A stretch of DNA of 54,320 bases from a virus. The stretch lies in the UHGV virus genome UHGV-1522278; one strand, 5' to 3'. Made by a program: the position numbers and the translations under genes. The notes below the pieces were generated by a model. That model made no database searches and was not told where the DNA came from. It worked only from the letters and a program-made list of their open reading frames with translations. Below are positions 9,268 to 17,785 of the stretch, in pieces (the first letter of the stretch is position 1; every line of letters starts with the position of its first letter).

Positions 9268-9915
9268 ATGAAAACAAAATGGTATGACTTGGCAAAACAA
9301 CTCATGCGGGCGCAGGGCATGAGTCAGGATTCACTGGCTGATCTCATGGGGATAACAAAAGGCGGCTTGTCGCACTGGCTGAACGGTCGCCGTGAGCCAA
9401 ATCTTGAAGATATTGCGCGGATCATGCGGGCGCTTGGGCGTCGGCAATTCACTGTCACACATGATGGGATGGTCATCGATGATTCTGTTTCTAACACGTT
9501 ACCGGGAGCGCCACCGCGTGATTTAGGCAGTTACCCGGTTGTTGACTGGAAGGACGCAGTAAACAATATGGAAGATGCAAGGCGATCAACATTACCACAC
9601 GTTACAACTAGCGTTATTTGTTCTGATGATAGTTATTGGCTGGTAGCTAAAGGCGAATCAATGAACGCTCCGCAAGGATTGAGTATACCAGCGGGGACGA
9701 TGATACTTGTCGATCCGCACGCGCCAGCTATTGACGGCAAACTAGTTATAGCCCAACTGGAGGAAGGGCAAACTCCTACGTTTAAACAGCTTGTTATTGA
9801 TGGAGGTCAAAGGCTTTTACGTTCACTCAATCCGCTGTATCCACCGATCCCTATGAATCCAGAATCTAAAATCATAGGTGTGGTAGTGGATGCGAAGATC
9901 GTAAACCTGCCATAA
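9268..9915 (+). CDS. cI-like repressor (HTH plus S24 LexA-type peptidase domain)
   Basis: 215 aa; N-terminal HTH (SQDSLADLMGITKGGLSHWLNG); C-terminal S24 motifs GESM and a downstream Lys. Confidence 0.88.
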   Translation: MKTKWYDLAKQLMRAQGMSQDSLADLMGITKGGLSHWLNGRREPNLEDIARIMRALGRRQFTVTHDGMVIDDSVSNTLPGAPPRDLGSYPVVDWKDAVNNMEDARRSTLPHVTTSVICSDDSYWLVAKGESMNAPQGLSIPAGTMILVDPHAPAIDGKLVIAQLEEGQTPTFKQLVIDGGQRLLRSLNPLYPPIPMNPESKIIGVVVDAKIVNLP

Positions 9916-9920
9916 ACACT

Positions 9921-9946
9921 AGCCGCCGAATGGCGGCTTTTCTTTG
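9921..9946 (+). terminator. rho-independent terminator after the repressor gene
   Basis: AGCCGCC-gaat-GGCGGCT followed by TTTTCTTT. Confidence 0.6.
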
Positions 9947-10037
9947 CTAAAAAACACCAAAACGTAAACAGAAAACCATGTTTATCATTTAAATATCAAG
10001 TGCTTATAAAATTTTATAAAAAAGTATACAAAATGTG

Positions 10038-10066
10038 TTGACTCGTGTTTTTACGGGGCGTATATT
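10038..10066 (+). promoter_or_regulatory. near-consensus sigma70 promoter (TTGACT - 17 nt - TATATT) flanked by an inverted repeat
   Basis: -35 at 10038-10043, -10 at 10061-10066; TTGACTCG (10038-10045) and CGAGTCAA (10069-10076) are exact reverse complements. Confidence 0.55.
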
Positions 10067-10108
10067 TCGAGTCAAAAGGAGGAAGCAAGGCAGGGAAAGA
10101 AGGTTACT

Positions 10109-10146
10109 TGCTCTTTAATAATCTGGTCAGCCGCTGGAAGTGCGGC
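10109..10146 (+). promoter_or_regulatory. nut-like site: rrn-type boxA (TGCTCTTTAATAA) plus boxB-like hairpin
   Basis: boxA-like 10109-10121; hairpin GCCGC-tggaagt-GCGGC at 10130-10146, in the leader of the rightward early transcript. Confidence 0.45.
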
Positions 10147-10202
10147 AATTAACGAAGATGATTTTTTATTAAGTATCATCAAGGATATAAGGAGATCAGA
10201 TC

Positions 10203-10493
10203 ATGACAGTTACAATCATGTATGGCAAATGTGACAGTAAACTGAATGCCAGGGAACGCAGAAGAATAAAAAGAGAAAACGAAAGAAAATCATCACCTGC
10301 AATTAATAAAACAGACAATGTGGATAAAGCTATTCGCTTTGCAAACGAGGAAAGATGCAAACCAAATAGCATTAAAGAACGTCGCAAAGGAGCAGTAAAA
10401 TGGTATACGGAAAATGAAAGCGGCAACTACTACCACGCAACGCAACCACGCCATTTAGGGGAAAAACCACTTGATAAAGTCCGTTACCATTAA
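10203..10493 (+). CDS. Arg-rich small protein, candidate N-like antiterminator
   Basis: 96 aa, strong RBS AGGAGA; N-terminal Arg-rich motif NARERRRIKRENERK; first gene after the boxA/boxB-like site. Confidence 0.5.
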   Translation: MTVTIMYGKCDSKLNARERRRIKRENERKSSPAINKTDNVDKAIRFANEERCKPNSIKERRKGAVKWYTENESGNYYHATQPRHLGEKPLDKVRYH

Positions 10494-10523
10494 TACAAAA
10501 TGTAAACAGCCGGAGGTGACGTT

Positions 10524-10646
10524 ATGGTTATTCAGGCGCTCCAATTCAAACTGGCGGTAGCGGAAATGCTTCATGATGCCGAAATGTGGAGCGCCGCGAA
10601 TAAAGCCTTATATATAGTGTTAACAGCGAAGGAGATTAAAGAGTGA
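10524..10646 (+). CDS. small ORF (40 aa)
   Basis: GGAGGTG RBS; stop overlaps the erf GTG start (GTGA). Confidence 0.35.
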   Translation: MVIQALQFKLAVAEMLHDAEMWSAANKALYIVLTAKEIKE

Positions 10647-11284
10647 AAACAGAGTTACACAAAAAACTGTGGACGATTCAGCAAACGCTGAACGCGCCGA
10701 AAAATCAGCGTAATAATTTCGGTGGATACAATTACAGGTCGGCGGAGGATATTTTAGAAGCGGTCAAACCACTGCTTCAAAGTATTACGCTGACTGTAAG
10801 CGATGAAATTGTCCTGATCGGCAATCGCTATTATGTGAAAGCCACTGCGACACTAAGCGACGGTGAGGATGAAATAGCGGTAACGGCTTACGCCAGGGAG
10901 GAAGAAAGCAAGAAGGGAATGGACGCAAGCCAGTTAACTGGCGCGACATCAAGTTACGCGCGTAAATACGCTTTGAACGGGTTGTTCTGCATTGATGACG
11001 CAAAAGATCCTGATACTGATGCTTACGCGAAACAGACAAATCAACAGCCACGCCAGCAGAAAAACCCACCAAAACAACAACCACAGCAGCAGAAAGCGCC
11101 TCCAAATCCTGATGAGGTGTTAGCGCGTTTCTGTGATGCGGCAGCGAAAGCGCAGGACGCTAACAAATTGCGCGAGATCTTCTGGAAGTGCTGGAAGCTA
11201 CTGCCTAAAGATTCAGAGCAGCAACAGAAAGCCAAAGACGTTTATGACATTAGATTAAAAGAGCTTAACGGGGAGATCAGTTAA
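10643..11284 (+). CDS. erf: Erf-family single-strand annealing protein
   Basis: 213 aa; strong similarity to P22 Erf N-terminal domain (LNAPKNQ..FG.Y.YRS.EDILE.VKPLL...DEIVLIG.RYYVKATAT). Confidence 0.88.
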   Translation: MKTELHKKLWTIQQTLNAPKNQRNNFGGYNYRSAEDILEAVKPLLQSITLTVSDEIVLIGNRYYVKATATLSDGEDEIAVTAYAREEESKKGMDASQLTGATSSYARKYALNGLFCIDDAKDPDTDAYAKQTNQQPRQQKNPPKQQPQQQKAPPNPDEVLARFCDAAAKAQDANKLREIFWKCWKLLPKDSEQQQKAKDVYDIRLKELNGEIS

Positions 11285-11700
11285 TGAGCTTAAATTTAAT
11301 CACACTTGGCGGTAATATCGGGAATGATATGGAAATTCATTACACGCAAAACGGAAAGGCGATTGGTAGTTTTCCGTTAGCTGTAACGAATGGCTACGGC
11401 GATAATAAGCGGACAATGTGGGTCACTTGCCTGGTATTTGGCGAGCGTGCGGAAAAATTAGCGCCACATATCCGCAAGGGTGGGAAAATAGTGGTAAGCG
11501 GTCGCCTGGATGTTCGGCAATATGACCGGAACGACGGCACGAAGGGGACGGCGGTAGAAGTGGCGGTTAACGAATTTGAATTCATGAACGTTAACCAACA
11601 AGGCCAGCAGCAAGGCCAGCAGCAGAAAGCGCCACCGCATCAAAATAATAACGTGAATAATCCTCCGCCGATGGACTTCGACGATGATATTCCGTTCTGA
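11284..11700 (+). CDS. ssb: single-stranded DNA-binding protein
   Basis: 138 aa; OB-fold-like N-terminus, Gln/Gly-rich linker, acidic C-terminal tail DFDDDIPF. Confidence 0.9.
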   Translation: MSLNLITLGGNIGNDMEIHYTQNGKAIGSFPLAVTNGYGDNKRTMWVTCLVFGERAEKLAPHIRKGGKIVVSGRLDVRQYDRNDGTKGTAVEVAVNEFEFMNVNQQGQQQGQQQKAPPHQNNNVNNPPPMDFDDDIPF

Positions 11701-11715
11701 TTCAATAGGTTAGCG

Positions 11716-11994
11716 ATGGGTGATTATTTAAAACCGCCACCGCCACCGCGAACAAAAGAGCAAGTTCTAAAAGAAGCCCGTGATCATATCGATCATGGGC
11801 TTTTTTTATGCGGAACGGCAGCGGAACGGATGGCAAAAAGATTTAGTGACCTGTACGCAAAACAAATATGGTTCGACAACTGGCAGGCAAGTTTTTACCC
11901 ACTGCAAAGAAAACCGGATATGCATTGGCCTGAATATGTCGATCCACGTATGCGCAAATATCGCGGGCGTATGGGTCAGGTTATTAACGATTAA
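11716..11994 (+). CDS. hypothetical protein
   Basis: 92-aa ORF with a polyproline stretch (PPPPP). Confidence 0.45.
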   Translation: MGDYLKPPPPPRTKEQVLKEARDHIDHGLFLCGTAAERMAKRFSDLYAKQIWFDNWQASFYPLQRKPDMHWPEYVDPRMRKYRGRMGQVIND

Positions 11995-12008
11995 TGAGGT
12001 ATTAAATC

Positions 12009-12233
12009 ATGATCGAAGGTAAAGAAGTTGATAGGGAAATGCCTGACACAGCAGATGACTACGTTACTTTTGATGGTGGCATGTATGAGTTCGATACGTC
12101 GGCTGGTTGGCATGATAAATGGCCTCTGCCTACTCGCAAGGAATTGAATGACCGTAAATCATTCGGCGAAGATGCCGAACGCCTGGCGAATAACAAATGG
12201 CTTGATAAATTCATTGCGGAGGGTGGCAAATGA
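12009..12233 (+). CDS. hypothetical protein
   Basis: 74-aa ORF with GAGGT-type RBS. Confidence 0.5.
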   Translation: MIEGKEVDREMPDTADDYVTFDGGMYEFDTSAGWHDKWPLPTRKELNDRKSFGEDAERLANNKWLDKFIAEGGK

Positions 12234-12337
12234 AAAAGATTGCAATGTTAGCCGCATTTGTTGCTGTGGCGGCTGTTTACCTTAGTGCGTCACTTTATAT
12301 CACTGTGGCGATTGTTAAGCTGATTACTGACATGTGA
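12230..12337 (+). CDS. small membrane peptide (35 aa)
   Basis: ATGA start/stop overlap; one hydrophobic segment (IAMLAAFVAVAAVYLSASLYITVAIV). Confidence 0.35.
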   Translation: MKKIAMLAAFVAVAAVYLSASLYITVAIVKLITDM

Positions 12338-12344
12338 GGCTTAT

Positions 12345-12461
12345 ATGCGAGTCGATAAAAATACTGTAAGGGCTGTTTTCTGCGTGGTCGCTTTCGTCTT
12401 CATGGTGGTAATAGCTGGCGCTACTGCGGCAATTATTAGCTATATCGGCGGGGTGATGTGA
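12345..12461 (+). CDS. small membrane peptide (38 aa)
   Basis: GAGG RBS; hydrophobic segment AVFCVVAFVFMVVIAGATAAIISYIGGV. Confidence 0.35.
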   Translation: MRVDKNTVRAVFCVVAFVFMVVIAGATAAIISYIGGVM

Positions 12462-12733
12462 TGATTACTTGGAATGCAAAAGATGGCGATCTTGTTGTTT
12501 TACCTGAGTATCGTAGTGACCCTGGCCTGGTCGTGCTGAATAAGACATTTAATGATCTTGAGCGCCCGATCCTGGTTAAATACCTGGACGGAACAATTAT
12601 AGAGCCGCGTTTCTTTGACAAGATTGAACTGAAGGCCCGAAATGTTCGCGTTAAGCCGTTCCGGGCTTATGCTGAAAACCACTGGCGGAAATTATTCGCC
12701 GGACTGAATGGGATGTACGGCGTATGGCTATAA
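12458..12733 (+). CDS. hypothetical protein
   Basis: 91-aa ORF, start overlaps upstream stop. Confidence 0.5.
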   Translation: MMITWNAKDGDLVVLPEYRSDPGLVVLNKTFNDLERPILVKYLDGTIIEPRFFDKIELKARNVRVKPFRAYAENHWRKLFAGLNGMYGVWL

Positions 12734-12915
12734 AATTAGTGAAAGTTAAAGATTTAAAAGGTGGTGAAAAGATCCGAACGTGGTATGGCTATAAATTTAT
12801 TATAGCTGCCTTTTCTTTTGGGCCAGGTGGTCAGGTAACATTATTTGATGAGGAAGATGACGAGGTTGGTAAATGGCATCTTGAGCAATACGTCGAGGTG
12901 TTAAATGAAAATTAA
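12724..12915 (+). CDS. hypothetical protein
   Basis: 63-aa ORF in the early accessory cluster. Confidence 0.45.
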   Translation: MAIKLVKVKDLKGGEKIRTWYGYKFIIAAFSFGPGGQVTLFDEEDDEVGKWHLEQYVEVLNEN

Positions 12916-13237
12916 ATTCCATAAAGGCTATGATTCAGCTACTAACAAGCTATCGCTATTTATTGAGTTCGAGCGCAGGATCGTGGTTGTTCCTTATTCT
13001 CGGCGCTTTAATGATGCGGCAGGGCGGAGACAGTTCGCGTTAGACATGTTGTTACGTGGTTGCGGCCTTATGCGCCCGCTATCTGATTTAAAACGGATAA
13101 TGCCTGGATCGTTCGGTCAGATTGATGAAATAGAAATAAGCCAGGAAGAGCTAAAACGGGAGCGTGATTTATTCCTTTCAAGTGAAGGAAACCCGTTCAA
13201 TCCAGAAACTGAAATGAAATGGCATCACCCACTATAA
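12905..13237 (+). CDS. hypothetical protein
   Basis: 110-aa ORF. Confidence 0.5.
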   Translation: MKIKFHKGYDSATNKLSLFIEFERRIVVVPYSRRFNDAAGRRQFALDMLLRGCGLMRPLSDLKRIMPGSFGQIDEIEISQEELKRERDLFLSSEGNPFNPETEMKWHHPL

Positions 13238-13249
13238 AGGATAAATATC

Positions 13250-13870
13250 ATGAACGACATCAAAACAGCTTATTCACTCGGCAGCGAAGGCATGTTAATC
13301 ACTCGCTACACTGAAGACGCAAGTTTTCATGAAGTTGAAATTAAAGATTATCACGAAGTATTGAAAGATATGGAAGCTGGCAAGTATGACGCTGATTTGA
13401 ATCTGGCGTTACAGATTGTTGATATTGTGATGGATGCGTCGATCCGCGATTATGTGTCTTTAAATGCTGAAGAAAAAACGGCCGTAGCTCGTTATGTCTT
13501 CTGCCTTACTTTCGTAAAACGAATGGAAGAAGAATTTGGACGAGTACCAGTGCCGGAAGAAATTGACCCGCTGGCGTTCGGAAGTGCTGTTATTTTCCCG
13601 TTAGATGAAAATCATATGGGTAGCGTTGCGCTGTATTCTATGCGCGGCGTAATGAAAGAAATATTCGAGGCTAAAGCGTTACAGAAGTGTATTGATGAAG
13701 GGCACAAAGAGGAAGACGTAAAGGCGATCATGCCATTGTTTTACGGCGAAATGGTTGGAAATAATATGCGTGCAAATGATTTAGGTGTACAGGCGGCTAT
13801 AGCTGTGCTTAATGATGTACGGAAAAACGTGCAGCCAATGCCTGAACCTGAAAAGCGCGTACTTCATTAA
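13250..13870 (+). CDS. hypothetical protein
   Basis: 206-aa ORF. Confidence 0.55.
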   Translation: MNDIKTAYSLGSEGMLITRYTEDASFHEVEIKDYHEVLKDMEAGKYDADLNLALQIVDIVMDASIRDYVSLNAEEKTAVARYVFCLTFVKRMEEEFGRVPVPEEIDPLAFGSAVIFPLDENHMGSVALYSMRGVMKEIFEAKALQKCIDEGHKEEDVKAIMPLFYGEMVGNNMRANDLGVQAAIAVLNDVRKNVQPMPEPEKRVLH

Positions 13871-13877
13871 CGTTGTG

Positions 13878-13917
13878 GTTGCGATCGCATAAATATACGT
13901 TTTGTGTTGCGATCGCA
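13878..13917. promoter_or_regulatory. two copies of the palindromic motif GTTGCGATCGCA
   Basis: copies at 13878-13889 and 13906-13917, each with a central GATC, in a 99-bp intergenic gap. Confidence 0.35.
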
Positions 13918-13969
13918 AATCCGTTTTGTGAACTGAAATCAAAAGGTTTACGGCGCGGAGGAAAACAAG

Positions 13970-14188
13970 ATGGCCCGCGAATTAATGCTTTATTGTGTTG
14001 AGGGTGGAGTAGGTCACGATGCCTACGTCGCCGGGAAAGGCTATCCAGCCGATGAAGTGCTTTCTAATATGCACTTCCGGGAAAATGAAAGCCGGGTGTC
14101 TGTGTGGAAACGGTGCATTGATGGTATTGAAGTTGTAAGTATCGAACGGTATTTAGGCACATTTGATTACGGTGTTATTGAGGCTTAA
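13970..14188 (+). CDS. hypothetical protein
   Basis: 72-aa ORF with GGAGG RBS. Confidence 0.5.
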   Translation: MARELMLYCVEGGVGHDAYVAGKGYPADEVLSNMHFRENESRVSVWKRCIDGIEVVSIERYLGTFDYGVIEA

Positions 14189-14286
14189 TTATGGACGACA
14201 CATTGTTTTATATGTGCTGTTGCTGGGGTTTTATTGCCTTATGCCTGTTTATCAGGTGGTTTATTGAATACCATATGAGGTGATTT

Positions 14287-14478
14287 ATGAAGTGCGTTGC
14301 ATACTATAGGCTACCTGATAACGCTAAATTAGCTGGGATCGGTTATGCTGGCTGTTATTACTATAACGCGGTCGGTGATATTTACAGAGTTAACATTATT
14401 GATGGTGTGCAGCATTTTCGCCTAATGACTTGCACATTAAAAGAGCTAAAACAGGCGGTAAATATGTATGAAGTTTAA
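14287..14478 (+). CDS. hypothetical protein
   Basis: 63-aa ORF with GAGGTG RBS. Confidence 0.45.
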   Translation: MKCVAYYRLPDNAKLAGIGYAGCYYYNAVGDIYRVNIIDGVQHFRLMTCTLKELKQAVNMYEV

Positions 14479-14671
14479 ACAGTATAAAGAATGGAAGATT
14501 CCAGAATCAGCAACAAAGGCAGCGCCCGGAAACTTTTCGGGCGTTTATTTTTATATGGAAGGGAAATGGTATTTCGGCAGCAGGCCGGATCACTATTATC
14601 AAGAAATATGCAAGCCTCATGTGTGGGATATTAAGGAACGCGTGCAAGGTGGTGTAATAGACGAGGTTTAA
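14468..14671 (+). CDS. hypothetical protein
   Basis: 67-aa ORF. Confidence 0.45.
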   Translation: MKFKQYKEWKIPESATKAAPGNFSGVYFYMEGKWYFGSRPDHYYQEICKPHVWDIKERVQGGVIDEV

Positions 14672-14672
14672 A

Positions 14673-14909
14673 ATGGTTAAGAGCTTTTTTAACTGGTTGG
14701 GGGCGTGGCTTTTGGCTACGCTTTTTGTTTTTTTGGTGTTCAGCGGCGGCATCGTCATATTTACGCTGGCTGTGATGTTTGTTACATGGTCAGTACCTGA
14801 GTTTAATGACTTGGGATCTATTCTTACCATAGCCCGCGCTTTATTGGCTGTTAGCTCATTTATTGGTTTTTGCTGGACTGTAGCGCCTGATTGGGGTGAT
14901 GAATGGTGA
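14673..14909 (+). CDS. small membrane protein
   Basis: 78 aa with two predicted TM segments. Confidence 0.5.
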   Translation: MVKSFFNWLGAWLLATLFVFLVFSGGIVIFTLAVMFVTWSVPEFNDLGSILTIARALLAVSSFIGFCWTVAPDWGDEW

Positions 14910-15147
14910 TCCTATGGCTTTGTTTAATATGTCAGAGCCGCAATTTAACGCCGTTAAAGCTGCCGCCCGCGCCGCGCTTTCTGCCTGCAAAGCGGAGGTA
15001 GAGAAAAACGGATACAGCGATAAAGCTACGCGGCTGATATTAGAAAAGCATTATCGCAAAGTCGCCCCGCTAATCAGCATCGAGCGTTTTGTCTGGCTGG
15101 TGGGGTATTTAAACAACAGATGGGGAACTGATCAGGATTATTTCTAA
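14896..15147 (+). CDS. hypothetical protein
   Basis: 83-aa ORF. Confidence 0.45.
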   Translation: MMNGDPMALFNMSEPQFNAVKAAARAALSACKAEVEKNGYSDKATRLILEKHYRKVAPLISIERFVWLVGYLNNRWGTDQDYF

Positions 15148-15156
15148 GGGGGCGTA

Positions 15157-15696
15157 ATGAAGAATGACTACGGCGGAAGCCATACGCCGAAGGAAATTAA
15201 AGACCTATGGCAGACGCCAAAACCAGTTTTTAGAGGAATGGATCGCGAGTTCGAATTTGTCGCAGATGTGGCGGCAAACAAGGCAAATGCGCTAGTTCCG
15301 CGATATATAACCGAAGAAATGGACACATTGCATTATCCGTGGGGAGCGGTGGCAATGCCTGGTGAGTATGTATGGCTTAATCCGCCATATTCTAATCCGG
15401 GGCCATTCGTTGATAAAGCTGCGCTTGAACACAGCAGAAACCATATCGGATGCGTAATGCTGTTGCCCGCTGATATTTCTGTTAACTGGTTTATGAACGG
15501 CGTGGGGACGGCAAACGAATGCAGATTAATCACGCGCGGGCGGCTGGCTTTTATAAATGCTGCGACTGGTAAGCCAGTGAGCGGAAACAATAAAGGCAGC
15601 TTGTTTTTGATCTGGCATCCACGGTGCAGACATGAATGTATTTTTACACACGTAACGCGCAAAGATCTATATGCAAGAGGTGCAGATAATGACTAG
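15157..15696 (+). CDS. phage-type DNA N6-adenine methyltransferase (Dam-like)
   Basis: 179 aa with the catalytic NPPY motif (VWLNPPYS). Confidence 0.85.
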   Translation: MKNDYGGSHTPKEIKDLWQTPKPVFRGMDREFEFVADVAANKANALVPRYITEEMDTLHYPWGAVAMPGEYVWLNPPYSNPGPFVDKAALEHSRNHIGCVMLLPADISVNWFMNGVGTANECRLITRGRLAFINAATGKPVSGNNKGSLFLIWHPRCRHECIFTHVTRKDLYARGADND

Positions 15697-16186
15697 TGCA
15701 GCAGATTTATTACGACTTGCAGCGGAAACAATTGAGCAAAGAGGGAAACAAAACGGATACGACAGAAAACAAGAAAAATCAGCGCCAAAAATAGCCACTA
15801 TATACAACGCTAAGAAGGGCGCAAATTTAACCCCACTTGATGTATGGGATCTGTTGATTTGTCTTAAGGAGGCGCGTTTAGAGGCAATTTTGGCTAATGG
15901 TTCTGACCCTACTGATACTTTGGTTGACTTAATCAGCTACAGCGCACTAAAAGCGGAGCAAATATTAAATGATCGGGAGAATGAGCAAAAGAAAAATCAG
16001 TTCACTGCCGCCAATATTAATGATGGAATAATAAATGACGCAGCAATAACAAGCTGTAAGGGGTTGCCACCTTCAATGCTTAATCCTCAATGTGGTTGTA
16101 TTTCAACTCGGCTTGATTTGAATTTCAAAAGATCTGAGGCTATTCGCGATAAGAGGTATGACCCAAATGAAAAAGGTGACAATTGA
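15689..16186 (+). CDS. hypothetical protein
   Basis: start taken at the ATG at 15689 (AGAGG RBS); helical N-terminus MTSAADLLRLAAETIEQRGKQNGYD. Confidence 0.5.
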   Translation: MTSAADLLRLAAETIEQRGKQNGYDRKQEKSAPKIATIYNAKKGANLTPLDVWDLLICLKEARLEAILANGSDPTDTLVDLISYSALKAEQILNDRENEQKKNQFTAANINDGIINDAAITSCKGLPPSMLNPQCGCISTRLDLNFKRSEAIRDKRYDPNEKGDN

Positions 16187-16670
16187 CAGGTTATTGGCCT
16201 GCGTTTACGTCGCCGTTTTCGTGATCATCAACCTTATTGTTAACCATTGCGGTCCGTGGGTAATTCCTATCACCACGGTAGCCGTAGTGTGTGTCAATAT
16301 GATGATCCGCGACTTTCTGTTATATGACGGCGGCCTGAAATGGTCGGCTACAACATGCGCCGCCGCTGGCGCAATCACGGTGCTGATAAATTATGACGCA
16401 GGGATGGTGGCAATCGCGTCATTCGTCGCGGTTGTTTCTGGTGCGCTTATATCTGGCGGCGTTTACCGGGTTTTACCTGGTGATTTCGATTCGAAACGCT
16501 GGCCTGCAAATATAGCGTCAGCCATTGGCGATGCGTTGATTTTCCCTACGTTATCGTTTATGGCATTCATGCCGGAAATATCAGCAATGCAATTCATCTC
16601 AAAAATGGCAGCGGTAACGGTGATCACTATCATCATGCGCCGCTATTTCACGTTTGAGGGCAAAAAATGA
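16158..16670 (+). CDS. integral membrane protein
   Basis: 170 aa with 4-5 predicted TM segments. Confidence 0.6.
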   Translation: MTQMKKVTIDRLLACVYVAVFVIINLIVNHCGPWVIPITTVAVVCVNMMIRDFLLYDGGLKWSATTCAAAGAITVLINYDAGMVAIASFVAVVSGALISGGVYRVLPGDFDSKRWPANIASAIGDALIFPTLSFMAFMPEISAMQFISKMAAVTVITIIMRRYFTFEGKK

Positions 16671-17449
16671 GCAAGGGTAAACACTGGTTAAATAATTGGC
16701 TTAGAAGTTGGGTTGTGTGGTCGCTGTACGACGGCAGCGGGTACGCCGTTAAAGATTGGGCGGAAGCAGGATATAAGTGCTATTGCTTCAACTATGACGG
16801 CGCAAATCACGGCGATTATGAAGGCGTTAAAATCATTCATCCGAATATTGAATACGTTAACGTGTGGATTGACAGCCATTTCCTGGTAATGTTCTCCCCT
16901 GAATTGTCTGTTTATCCAGAGCCTGACATTATCTTGGGTTTTCCTCCATGCGACGATCTCGCCGTGTCTGGCGCTCGCTGGTTCGCTGATAAACGGAAAA
17001 AAGATCCTGACTTCCAGGTGAAGGCGGCGAATAGCGCAAAACTGGTAGAAAAACTGGCGGATATGCACAACGTTCCGTGGATGGTGGAAAATCCGGTGGG
17101 AGCACTGTCAACGCTATGGCGCAAACCTGATTTTATCTTCAACCCGTGCGCTTACGGTGGCTACCTGCCTGAAGATGACAAACATCCTGCTTTCCCTGAT
17201 GTTTACCCGCCGCGAGACGCGTACACGAAGAAAACTTGTATTTGGTGCGGCAACGGATTTAAACAGCCGCTTTTTAGACCTGTAGATCTTAACTCTGGTG
17301 ATAACCCTGGGTGGGCGAAAACCGGAGGAAGGACGAAACGAACAAAGATGATCCGCTCACTAACGCCGCGTGGCTTTGCCCGTGCTGTATTCCTGGCTAA
17401 CGACCTGGCCATCAATCGTGCTACGCTCAACCGCGTTTTACCGGACTGA
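16667..17449 (+). CDS. C5-cytosine-methyltransferase-like protein (divergent, short)
   Basis: 260 aa; motif I-like LYDGSGY, PC motif GFPPCDDLAVSG (PCD rather than PCQ), ENV-like MVENPVG; no obvious target-recognition domain. Confidence 0.55.
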   Translation: MSKGKHWLNNWLRSWVVWSLYDGSGYAVKDWAEAGYKCYCFNYDGANHGDYEGVKIIHPNIEYVNVWIDSHFLVMFSPELSVYPEPDIILGFPPCDDLAVSGARWFADKRKKDPDFQVKAANSAKLVEKLADMHNVPWMVENPVGALSTLWRKPDFIFNPCAYGGYLPEDDKHPAFPDVYPPRDAYTKKTCIWCGNGFKQPLFRPVDLNSGDNPGWAKTGGRTKRTKMIRSLTPRGFARAVFLANDLAINRATLNRVLPD

Positions 17450-17608
17450 AATTTACAAAATGGCGTCATTGCGTGATGTGGATCACATAATGGCGCTTTT
17501 TACCTTGTTCTGACGTATCCATTTTGTATACTTCAAACAAGCAAAATGCTCTTTAAAAATCCGGCAGCGCTGAAATGCGTAGAAATCACCTGAAAAGGAG
17601 AGAGCATT

Positions 17609-17785
17609 ATGCCTTTTGATAATTACCAATGGCATGACGACTATGAACGAGAAAGCGTCATGCGTGCAATGTGCAATGTATGCAGCACGAAGAAAGGAGA
17701 CTGCAACGAGTGCAACGAATGTTTAGATCATTGGCTAAAGGCCGGACACGCCGAAAGGCTGAACGAAACAGAGAATCAAAAATAA
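17609..17785 (+). CDS. small Cys-rich protein (58 aa)
   Basis: AGGAGA RBS; Cys cluster CNVCSTKKGDCNECNEC. Confidence 0.4.
   Translation: MPFDNYQWHDDYERESVMRAMCNVCSTKKGDCNECNECLDHWLKAGHAERLNETENQK

Noticed and set aside
9105-9320. 71-aa minus-strand ORF spanning the repressor start, considered as a possible cro
   Set aside because: Overlaps the repressor start codon and operator region, no RBS, Cys/Lys-rich low-complexity sequence; more likely non-coding control DNA.
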